Shown in pieces: positions 10,104 to 17,728 of a stretch of 53,786 nt of DNA. The position numbers were made by a program, and so were the translations under genes. Within the stretch, counting starts at the first letter, position 1. Each line of letters opens with the position of its first letter. This DNA is from an uncultured archaeon. GTDB lineage: Archaea; Thermoplasmatota; Penumbrarchaeia; JASLWR01. The notes beneath the pieces were generated by a model that was given only the letters and a program-made list of their open reading frames with translations, did not search any database and was not told where the DNA came from. The DNA is taken from positions 11,631 to 65,416 of the forward strand of contig CAYFHS010000018.1 in the NCBI GenBank assembly GCA_964342815.1. Reading direction: 5' to 3'.

Positions 10104-10793
10104 ATGGCTGAAAGCAAGATCGAAGTTACGTGGTTGGGTCATGCTGCTTTTATGATAGCTCTGAACGGGAAGAAATTATTATTCGATCCATGGATCGACG
10201 GTAATCCACTATCGCCACTTGGCAGTTACAGGGACATCAAGAACGCTGATTACATTCTGGTAACTCATGACCACAGTGACCACGGACTTGAGGACGGCGC
10301 CAGAATAAGCGGGGCAACCGGGGCAGCTTTTGTAGGTGTGTTCGAGCTTGCTAATCGGGCTAAGGATCTGGGTGCCGCGAATGTCCTTCCCTGAAACACC
10401 GGTGGCGTAATTGGGGATAACAATATTGAGATATACTTTACTCCGGCTTACCATTCTTGCGATGTGGGGGTTCCCTGCGGATTCGTGGTAAGAATTGGCG
10501 ATACTACCATCTATCATTCCAGAGATACGTCACTTTTCCGGGACATGGAATTGATCGCCGAAAGATACAATATCGATCTTGCACTTCTTCCCATCGGCTC
10601 CACCTATACCATGGACCCCTACGATGCCATGAGAGCGGTCAAACTCCTGAATCCCAAAAAGGTCATTCCCATGCATTATAACACCTTTCCTCAGGTGGAA
10701 CAGGAACCCGAAAAATTCCGTCATCTCGTTCATGCCAATTGTAGAAATTGTACGGTAATTGTGATGGAGCCTGGAGTGAAAGTCATCCTTTAA
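10104..10793 (+). pseudogene. Metallo-beta-lactamase-fold hydrolase (UPF0173-like) interrupted by an in-frame TGA at 10392-10394
   Basis: TWLGHAAF...DPW...THDHSDH in the first part and AYHS...YHSRDT...LPIG..YTMDP...IPMHYNTFP in the second, same frame across CCC TGA AAC ACC GGT GGC. Confidence 0.75.
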
Positions 10794-10884
10794 TAAGGGG
10801 AATAAGAAATCGATTTTTTTTTTAGAAATGTAATACTTAAATTAAATAATACAGTTATTCTATTGGAGTTAGAGGAGGAGTTCA

Positions 10885-13800
10885 ATGAAGACCGCACAAT
10901 TAATCAGAAAAAGCATGATATTTCTGTTCATTTCCGCAATCCTTTTTGGCAGCATCCTTGTTGGAATGGGACTTCGGGAAGAAGTTGATCGGAGCGTTCC
11001 GGTAATTGAAGAAAAAGGTAATGATAATACCTTTCAGGAAACCAGGGCCTTTCCATGGATCCAATCCGTATCTCCTGCTAATGGTTACATAGGATCCGTT
11101 CACGAGATCATGGGAGCGGATTTTGGGGATAGATCCGGGAAACTTGGTCTTGAAAATGAAACGGGTTATATATTCTGGATAAGTTTTGACGATTGGGGGA
11201 ATTTTACTATCAATTTCACAGTTCCAAATAACCTGACAAAGGGAGATTACACCATTATCGTCGAGCATGAAGATGGTAATCGGTCTTATCGTAATTTCTC
11301 GATATATGCAATGCCCACCATCAATTCCATATCCCCTCCTCAAGGACCGTTTTGGGGTACTTTCCGGATCATTGGTGAAAATCTGGGAGACAGCCCTGGG
11401 CGGGTGGTATTTTACAGTATAGTAGATGGAGAGATCAATCATTTTCCGGGATTCGCCGAATGGACTGACATTGCGATCAACATAACACAGCTCCCGGACC
11501 GCATTTCAAGCGGTGAATTTTACATTATTACCCAGGCGGGACTCAAATCCAACAACCTCACCATTACACTTACCGAACTGCCGAAAATCAAAGAAATTTC
11601 ACCCAAGGATTCAATTTACAGGGATATGGAGATCACAATAACCGGGACTGGTTTCGATTCCACATCCCTACCGCTACCCTTCAATTTTGCCGTTTGGTAC
11701 GAAATGGTTTCCGGCCAGGGCGAGGACGCGGAGGTCATGTGGGCAAGGGAGAACTGGGCTATTACCGAATGGCAGACCGACGGCGATAATAATTCGGTAA
11801 TTAAAATGAGATTGCCATACTCGGCCAAGTTTGGGAGCTGCAGGATAATTGTTGAAGCGAACGGAACCCTGTCCGAACCATTTACCATTAAAGTTTTGAA
11901 GGCTGAGGTGAAAATAACCGAACCTGAAATGAACGCCACCGTTTCCGGTACTATCGATATCGTAATAAAAATACCCAAGGGAACGAAGAGTGTAAACGTC
12001 ACCATCTATCCATATGAATCTGTAAACGAAGAAGAGTACGGATACGGAGAAGGGTTCTGGGCAAATGTCACGTTTATCAACGTTACGGTTGGGCCAACAG
12101 ATACCAGCGTAACGGTAAAATGGGATACGACGGACGAGGAAAATGAAAAATATTATATAATATCTGCAAGCGCTCACAGCATTGACGGAGGTTATGGCTC
12201 TGCCAGCTCAGAATCAATAAAGGTTTTCATCTCCCAGGTGGTTGCGTCACTTACAGCTGTAATAGTCACCACCGTTGTAGCCGTCGGAGTATCTGCAGGA
12301 GTGGGCGCAATAATCGGGGGAGGTGCCGCAGCTTCGGGGAGCGCGGGAGCAGCCAGCGGTGGGGCAACAGCGCAGGGCGCGGCTTCCGGTGCGGGTGGAT
12401 CTTCGAGCTGGTTTCTGAAATTACTTAACAAGTTGCGTGCCCTCTTTGGAGATATGGCGGAGGAAAAAATTGAAGACCTGGTGGAAAAGGGCGGGGAGAA
12501 GCTGGATGATAAGGTGGACGAGAAAAATTTTAAAAAGAAGATCAAGAAAAGCGTACCTATCCGGGCTTTTCTCATATCAGTGGGAATTGCCACCATTGCT
12601 TTTTCATTATTCATCAACGGAGGTTTTTTCGGTTGGAAAGGTTGGATGGACCTGCTTATTGCGATACCCTTCGCGCTTCTGATAGTTGTGACATTGATGG
12701 GTGCAAAGAATCTTTTCCTGTTTTGGCTCGGTGATAAAATAAAGGTGAAAAAGAGATGGAGAATGGGGATAATAGGTCTTTTCCTGCTGGTTGTGACCTG
12801 CATTCTCGGCTCCCCCATGGGGGATATCGGAGAGATCGAAGACCGGAAATGGAAACACAGAAAGAAGGCAAAGAAATATCTGCTGGCGTTCGGGGTCCTG
12901 GCCTCTTCGCTGGTGCTCCTCTCCATGCTCATGGTTTTCGGTGCACTTTCCATAATAGAAAGCGGTTTCCTGCGATTCACAGTAGCCTATCCCGGTGCAA
13001 TGGCATGTATCATCCTTGCCTTCTTCCCTCTGCTGCCGTTCAAGGGATCGCCCGGAAACAGTATCTGGAAATTGAGTAAAATTTTGAATATTGCAATATT
13101 GTTGGGAATCATGGCAGTCTATCTGCTGTTCAGCCAGTTGTGGATCCCCGGTTGGTCACTGATCATCGTTGGGGGGGGAGCAGCAGTCATTCTCGTTCTA
13201 TCCCTAGTTATGTTCGGAGTTATGGGTGAGCTTACACCTTTCAGGGAAATAAAGGCCAGAAAACACACCGAAACCTTAAACAATCCTGATGTTGAAAAGC
13301 GCAAAGATGCCAGAAAGAAATTAATAAAAATGATGGTGAAATATCCAAATGCGCTAAGAAGCTGCAGCAAGGATATAATAAAGGTGAAAACTGAATCCCC
13401 CGAGATCCGAGAAGAGATCATCGAGCTCTTGAGCACAGGTTCCGATATTGTACCGTGGCTTTTCATACCGCATACGGACCGGATATCTAAAAGAATGGAA
13501 AAAGCCCCGGAAGTTGAGGGTAAGAAATGGGCGGGTGTTCTTGTCAAATTAGAAAACGAAAGGAAAAATATCGAGGAGTACCCTGATGATGAGGTCCGGG
13601 ATTCGCTGATCAAACTTATCGAGCACAAGGATGATGATGACGTTGAGAAGGAGAAGGAGCTAGATATCCCCAAGGTAGATTCACACGAGGAAAAGGATAC
13701 AAAGGAATCTGAGGACGATGAGGGGGACGGGGAGAAAAAAGAAATAAGTCCTGGTGAGCCTGAAACAGAAGAGGAGAAAACGGATAAGGAAGCGAAAGAC

Positions 13801-14343
13801 CTTAAACCCGCGGACGAGGACGAATTCGATCTGGATCTGGATGACGACGAAACCGCTCCGGAAAACTGGGATTTTAACGGTGATGAAGCAAGTCCTGCTA
13901 CACCTCCCAAGGCAGGGGAGGCTCATACCGAAAGCAAGAAATGTCCGGGCTGCAGTGCACCACTTGCTCCACCTTACCGTTTCTGCACGGGCTGCGGAAT
14001 GAGTATGGAGGAAGATACAGGAAAAGATGATATCTGGGATGATCAACCTAATGAGCCGGAACCGGCCCCGGAAATACGGCCAGCCACGACTCAGGAAGAT
14101 TTAAAGACTCCGGCAGAAAATTCTTACGATGATTGGGATGATGTGGAAGAAACCCCTCCGCTAATGGCAGTTGATGACGGCCCCGAAACGGTTGACGAGG
14201 CGGAGATATTCGATATTCCCGGTGTTGAGCCATCAGCATCGGAAGAACCGGATGAGGATTTACCGGCACTACCTCCCGGGAAACCGCCCGAATTATCGGA
14301 AAAACCCGATGAAGAATCGGAAAAACCACCATGGATGAAGTAA
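10885..14343 (+). CDS. Large membrane protein: IPT/TIG and Ig-like domains, multi-TM region, acidic disordered region, zinc ribbon, Pro-rich tail
   Basis: P.I.S(V/I)SP..G and I.G..(F/L)G repeats; Gly/Ala-rich helix; TM block; CPGC...CTGC; DDWDD-type acidic motifs. Confidence 0.8.
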   Translation: MKTAQLIRKSMIFLFISAILFGSILVGMGLREEVDRSVPVIEEKGNDNTFQETRAFPWIQSVSPANGYIGSVHEIMGADFGDRSGKLGLENETGYIFWISFDDWGNFTINFTVPNNLTKGDYTIIVEHEDGNRSYRNFSIYAMPTINSISPPQGPFWGTFRIIGENLGDSPGRVVFYSIVDGEINHFPGFAEWTDIAINITQLPDRISSGEFYIITQAGLKSNNLTITLTELPKIKEISPKDSIYRDMEITITGTGFDSTSLPLPFNFAVWYEMVSGQGEDAEVMWARENWAITEWQTDGDNNSVIKMRLPYSAKFGSCRIIVEANGTLSEPFTIKVLKAEVKITEPEMNATVSGTIDIVIKIPKGTKSVNVTIYPYESVNEEEYGYGEGFWANVTFINVTVGPTDTSVTVKWDTTDEENEKYYIISASAHSIDGGYGSASSESIKVFISQVVASLTAVIVTTVVAVGVSAGVGAIIGGGAAASGSAGAASGGATAQGAASGAGGSSSWFLKLLNKLRALFGDMAEEKIEDLVEKGGEKLDDKVDEKNFKKKIKKSVPIRAFLISVGIATIAFSLFINGGFFGWKGWMDLLIAIPFALLIVVTLMGAKNLFLFWLGDKIKVKKRWRMGIIGLFLLVVTCILGSPMGDIGEIEDRKWKHRKKAKKYLLAFGVLASSLVLLSMLMVFGALSIIESGFLRFTVAYPGAMACIILAFFPLLPFKGSPGNSIWKLSKILNIAILLGIMAVYLLFSQLWIPGWSLIIVGGGAAVILVLSLVMFGVMGELTPFREIKARKHTETLNNPDVEKRKDARKKLIKMMVKYPNALRSCSKDIIKVKTESPEIREEIIELLSTGSDIVPWLFIPHTDRISKRMEKAPEVEGKKWAGVLVKLENERKNIEEYPDDEVRDSLIKLIEHKDDDDVEKEKELDIPKVDSHEEKDTKESEDDEGDGEKKEISPGEPETEEEKTDKEAKDLKPADEDEFDLDLDDDETAPENWDFNGDEASPATPPKAGEAHTESKKCPGCSAPLAPPYRFCTGCGMSMEEDTGKDDIWDDQPNEPEPAPEIRPATTQEDLKTPAENSYDDWDDVEETPPLMAVDDGPETVDEAEIFDIPGVEPSASEEPDEDLPALPPGKPPELSEKPDEESEKPPWMK

Positions 14344-14514
14344 TCTACACCAAGAGTCACGTTTCCTACCAATCAAACTATAGGTTCAGGTGAAATTCAA
14401 AGATTCTATCCTTCAAACAAATGAATCGATGTATTACCTTTTTCGTGGTAGGATCAGTTAGGAGAAACCGAAATACTGAGATGGAACTTCAATGCTATAA
14501 ATGAGGAAATTGAT

Positions 14515-14646
14515 ATGGAAACAGATGTTCTTTGTCCTGACTGTGGAGAATACCTTATTGATGACAATCCGGAAGATGATGCAGGTGATAATTTAATATA
14601 TTGTCCAAAATGTGGCTTTATTTCTAGTAAATTGACTCTGACCTGA
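14515..14646 (+). CDS. 43-aa zinc-ribbon microprotein (below the ORF-track cutoff)
   Basis: Translates METDVLCPDCGEYLIDDNPEDDAGDNLIYCPKCGFISSKLTLT*; GAGGA about 8 nt upstream of ATG; two CPxCG knuckles. Confidence 0.7.
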   Translation: METDVLCPDCGEYLIDDNPEDDAGDNLIYCPKCGFISSKLTLT

Positions 14647-14963
14647 GAATATTGTACCTTAGCTTTTTTCGCTACGCCCAATATTTACTCCCTTTCGTCG
14701 CCGTTCCCTTAATTGAAGGACTTAAAGAGGCCATAACGTTAGTTATGCGAGTGCGCTAGCACCGCGATGAGCGATAGCGAACGGAGTATTACAAACTGCT
14801 TGAAATCAGCATAGGAGTGTCTCTTAATCATGGCTGTGAGCGGTCATATATCATTTGTCGGGAACCGCTGCCGTTATACGATGCTCAAATTAGCCGAAGA
14901 GACAATTTGACATTCGTTTTTTTCCATGGTCCGGTTCCCGAACCGATGTGCCGTTTATTTTCA

Positions 14964-15225
14964 AGTGACAAATGGCAAGTCGATTTTGTTGGCGGTTCTA
15001 TTCGAAAAGATCGGAAACTAACTAAGATTGATAATCAGTTTATTTTGTCCTGACCTGTCATGTAAAGACTGGAACAAAGTGACTGTCTTCTTGGTAAAGT
15101 TGAGCCAGAATGGATCGGCTTTACGGGAGAAGCCATTTGAGCAAAGCGAAAATGGATTCCGCAGGACCGAAGGGGCTGCGAATACAGATATATCATCGGG
15201 AAAATCTACATTTCCATTTGTCACT
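14964..15225. mobile_element. MITE-like non-coding insertion with 12-bp terminal inverted repeats
   Basis: AGTGACAAATGG (14964-14975) / CCATTTGTCACT (15214-15225), plus GATTTT/AAAATC; contains the 63-bp dispersed repeat; no target duplication seen. Confidence 0.4.
15062..15124 (+). repeat. 63-bp dispersed repeat, copy A
   Basis: 61/63 identical to the reverse complement of 19664-19726. Confidence 0.95.
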
Positions 15226-15362
15226 CTCTGTGATTAAATGAATTATTATCATCAAAGCCCATACCATACAAATACTCGATTTCACTCTTCATATATCTCT
15301 TCTGCAAAATCTAAGAGAAATTTTAATATATACATTAGATATATATTGTATATTGTGAGAAT

Positions 15363-15602
15363 GTGGACATCCATACATATCCCATTAAATTGAAAAGACA
15401 TGCTGCCCTTCGGTTGATCGAACGCTTTGACATGAGTATTGAGGAATTACGCCATATGATCAAGACTGGTAGACACATTAAAAAACCGAAGAGTGAAGGA
15501 GATATTGGAATTATCGAAAGAACGATTGGCAAGAGAAAGATTCGGATTAAGTTCAAAGTCGAACAAGGAGTTGTATGGATCATTACAGTTGAAGGAGGAT
15601 AG
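15363..15602 (+). CDS. DUF4258-like (BrnT/RelE-fold) putative toxin
   Basis: 79 aa; HA..RL.ERF.MS.EEL motif; ends V.WIITV; 4 nt before the partner gene; TATA-like TTTTAATATA at about 15322. Confidence 0.7.
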   Translation: MDIHTYPIKLKRHAALRLIERFDMSIEELRHMIKTGRHIKKPKSEGDIGIIERTIGKRKIRIKFKVEQGVVWIITVEGG

Positions 15603-15606
15603 TACA

Positions 15607-15900
15607 ATGAGTAATTGCCCCGAATGCGGCCAACCACTTGGAAAAGAAAAGAGAGAATTATCGCCTGGTGTATATGCCGATGTTGAGATATGTTCCCAAT
15701 GTGAAGACGAGTGGATAGATGAAGACGAATACGAAAAGCTCAGGTCATTATTCAAACGAAAGGCATTCAAGATCGGAGGAAGCCTTGCGGTAAGAATTCC
15801 CAAAGAAATTGCGGATGCGGTTGGCCTACATGATGGAGATGAGATGAACATTTCCATAGCCAATCATAAAGTAATAATTGAACCGGCAGTATCTTCGTAG
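15607..15900 (+). CDS. Putative antitoxin: YgiT/MqsA-like zinc finger fused to an AbrB/MazE/SpoVT DNA-binding domain
   Basis: Start moved to ATG 15607 (GGAGGA at 15593-15598); CPECG...CSQC, then RKAFKIGGSLAVRIPKEIADAVGLHDGDEM. Confidence 0.85.
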   Translation: MSNCPECGQPLGKEKRELSPGVYADVEICSQCEDEWIDEDEYEKLRSLFKRKAFKIGGSLAVRIPKEIADAVGLHDGDEMNISIANHKVIIEPAVSS

Positions 15901-15968
15901 AGTAGATTATATATTGGGCTTTGATGATAAAGAAAAAATTCATTTTCCAGAGAGCAGTTTGTAATTTC

Positions 15969-16090
15969 GCATAACGTCTTGCGGATTCCCGAAGTTGCGT
16001 GGGTGGGAGGAGTTCTATCTCACAAGATCGGAGGGGGAGCAATTTGGGTGAAGGCCGACAGGCCGAGAACCGGTAATCCGCTAGTTAGGC
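15969..16090 (+). other. attC-like recombination site, 122 bp
   Basis: GCATAAC-GTCTT-GCGGATT...CCCGAAGTTGC/GCAATTTGGG...AATCCGC-TA-GTTAGGC; long imperfect hairpin; spacers 5/2 nt are atypical for canonical attC. Confidence 0.6.
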
Positions 16091-16154
16091 CAAGTGTGTC
16101 ATCAGATACATCGAGGCGAAGTGAGCCCGGACGACCGATTCCAAGAAATTAATA

Positions 16155-17171
16155 TCAATCCTTCTTGCTGCGTTTCCACATTGAGGGATATGTCAGGGTC
16201 TCCATCAATACTCTCGTCGTCCGAATCCCGATCCCTTTATCCGCCTTCATCACCGCTCCGGTGCTAAGTGTGGCCTCACCAAGTGCCACAACCTCGCCCT
16301 TGCGCGTGAGAAGCGCTACCCGGTCCCCGACCTTGATCCCGTTCTCCACCTTTGATATACCGTTCACCCCCACGTCAGCACCGTGACATATTGCATCCAC
16401 CGCAGTGTCTTTTAAAATAATCTTCGGAAGTCCGCCTAACATCGTTTCCATGGGTTTTACTAACTTTCTAATGGCGGACTCATCTCCATTTTCACCATAA
16501 GTAATCCACGCATCCTTCAAGCTCTGGAGCTGAGCGCACTCCGACTCGGGAAAAAGCCCGGCTTTCGTGCGACGGAGCTCTTTGAGATGCGCACCAACGC
16601 CTAGTGCATCACCGATATCAACAGCGAGTGTACGGATATATGTACCGCCCTGGCATCCCACCTTGACCAAAACGTTCCTTCGGTCAAGTTCCAGAAGTTC
16701 CAGGTAATAGATCTCACGTACCCGCAGCTGGCGTTTCACCGCACTCTTTACAGGCGGAAATTGGTATATCCTGCCGGTAAAATCCCGAATGACTGATTTC
16801 AATCTATCCTTTCCTACCTCCTTATGCAGGTGGATTATCCCGACATATTCCTTTCCCGCCCCCAGAAGTGCGTCAACCATCCGTGTAGCCCTCCCAAGAG
16901 CTACCGGCAGAACTCCGGTTACCTGCGGGTCAAGTGTACCGCAGTGACCTGCCTTGTCGATTCCAAATATATCACGAACCCATGCTGATACCTGATGACT
17001 GGTGGGATTCTTCGGTTTGTCGATATTCACGACGCCCTTGTCTACCAGATCCTCCACAGAGCGTTCTTCAGGGATCGTCCCGACATTCAGATTTATTGGG
17101 TCGAGATCTTTGATGAGCAGGTTCTTTGGTTCTTTTTCCCGCTCGATGGGTAGTAAATTTTCACTGGACGT
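16155..17171 (-). CDS. truB: H/ACA pseudouridine synthase Cbf5 (TruB family) with PUA domain; probable ACG start at 17171 (first canonical start is GTG 17057)
   Basis: GVVNIDKPKNPTSHQV, KAGHCGTLDPQVTGVLP, GGTYIRTL..DIG; conserved LP...LLIK...G..PEERS N-terminus lies upstream of 17057. Confidence 0.95.
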   Translation of the reverse strand, partial: TSSENLLPIEREKEPKNLLIKDLDPINLNVGTIPEERSVEDLVDKGVVNIDKPKNPTSHQVSAWVRDIFGIDKAGHCGTLDPQVTGVLPVALGRATRMVDALLGAGKEYVGIIHLHKEVGKDRLKSVIRDFTGRIYQFPPVKSAVKRQLRVREIYYLELLELDRRNVLVKVGCQGGTYIRTLAVDIGDALGVGAHLKELRRTKAGLFPESECAQLQSLKDAWITYGENGDESAIRKLVKPMETMLGGLPKIILKDTAVDAICHGADVGVNGISKVENGIKVGDRVALLTRKGEVVALGEATLSTGAVMKADKGIGIRTTRVLMETLTYPSMWKRSKKD

Positions 17172-17727
17172 TCCCGTTCCCCCCTTGTAGAAGACCCTTT
17201 GCGCGCATATCGTTCACAATGATGTCCCGTATCTTGTCTGGTAGATATTTCGAGGAATCTATATCTATGTCGTAAAAGGAAGTATCGTTTATATCGAAGC
17301 CATATATCTCCATATAACGCTTCCTGTTGCCATTTTCCCTTCGCTCGTTCTCATCCATTACTGCTGCAATCTTCTTTGCCTCACGTCCTGCAACCCTTTC
17401 AGCTCTCGTTTCGGGCGGAGCATGCAGCCAGATTTTATAAGCAAGAACATTGTGGCGGTATGCCATGTAGCCGGCCAATCTTCCCTCGATTATTATATCC
17501 GAATCCCTGGCGAGTTCTACCTGTCTTGCATCCAGCTCACGGTCTATCTCCGGGTGGTGGAACACGTAATCCCCGAATTCCCCTACGCTCATCCCTTTCT
17601 CAGCACCCATTTTTCTAAAGATATCACCTGTATAGACGTATTCAATATCAAAATCCTTTTCCAGCAGTTTTGCCACCGTGGTGGTACCTGTTCCAGAAAG
17701 GCCACCGATAGTAAGTGCTAACATCAA
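17161..17727 (-). CDS. cmk: Cytidylate kinase, archaeal type
   Basis: IGGLSGTGTTTVAKLL, GDIFR..G.EKGMS, IIEGRLAG, R.ERV..RE; usual position beside DUF106 and cbf5. Confidence 0.93.
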   Translation of the reverse strand: MMLALTIGGLSGTGTTTVAKLLEKDFDIEYVYTGDIFRKMGAEKGMSVGEFGDYVFHHPEIDRELDARQVELARDSDIIIEGRLAGYMAYRHNVLAYKIWLHAPPETRAERVAGREAKKIAAVMDENERRENGNRKRYMEIYGFDINDTSFYDIDIDSSKYLPDKIRDIIVNDMRAKGLLQGGNGNVQ

Positions 17728-17728
17728 C

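Larger units (their letters stand above)
15246..15930. repeat. 16-bp perfect inverted repeat pair flanking the TA-like genes
   Basis: TTATCATCAAAGCCCA (15246-15261) / TGGGCTTTGATGATAA (15915-15930). Confidence 0.92.
14743..16084 (+). mobile_element. Putative integron-type gene cassette carrying a toxin-antitoxin-like pair
   Basis: Begins at G|TTATGC (14742-14748), the exact complement of the attC-like R'' GCATAAC (15969-15975); ends at G|TTAGGC (16084-16090); no integrase in the window. Confidence 0.6.

Noticed and set aside
11616-14372. Long antisense or overlapping ORFs here and at 21691-23588, 29761-30129, 40683-41288 and 53051-53426
   Set aside because: They are poly-Ser/Phe shadows of acidic or repetitive sense genes, with no independent motifs.
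14454-14681. 75-aa minus-strand ORF
   Set aside because: It is antisense to the better-supported zinc-ribbon microprotein, which has an RBS and two CPxCG motifs.
15960-16140. RNase P RNA or SRP RNA downstream of cbf5
   Set aside because: No GAGGAA(A/G)(G/C)UCC / ACAGAA P4 motifs. CAAGATCGGAGGGGGAGCAA resembles SRP helix 8 but cannot pair; the attC-like reading fits better.
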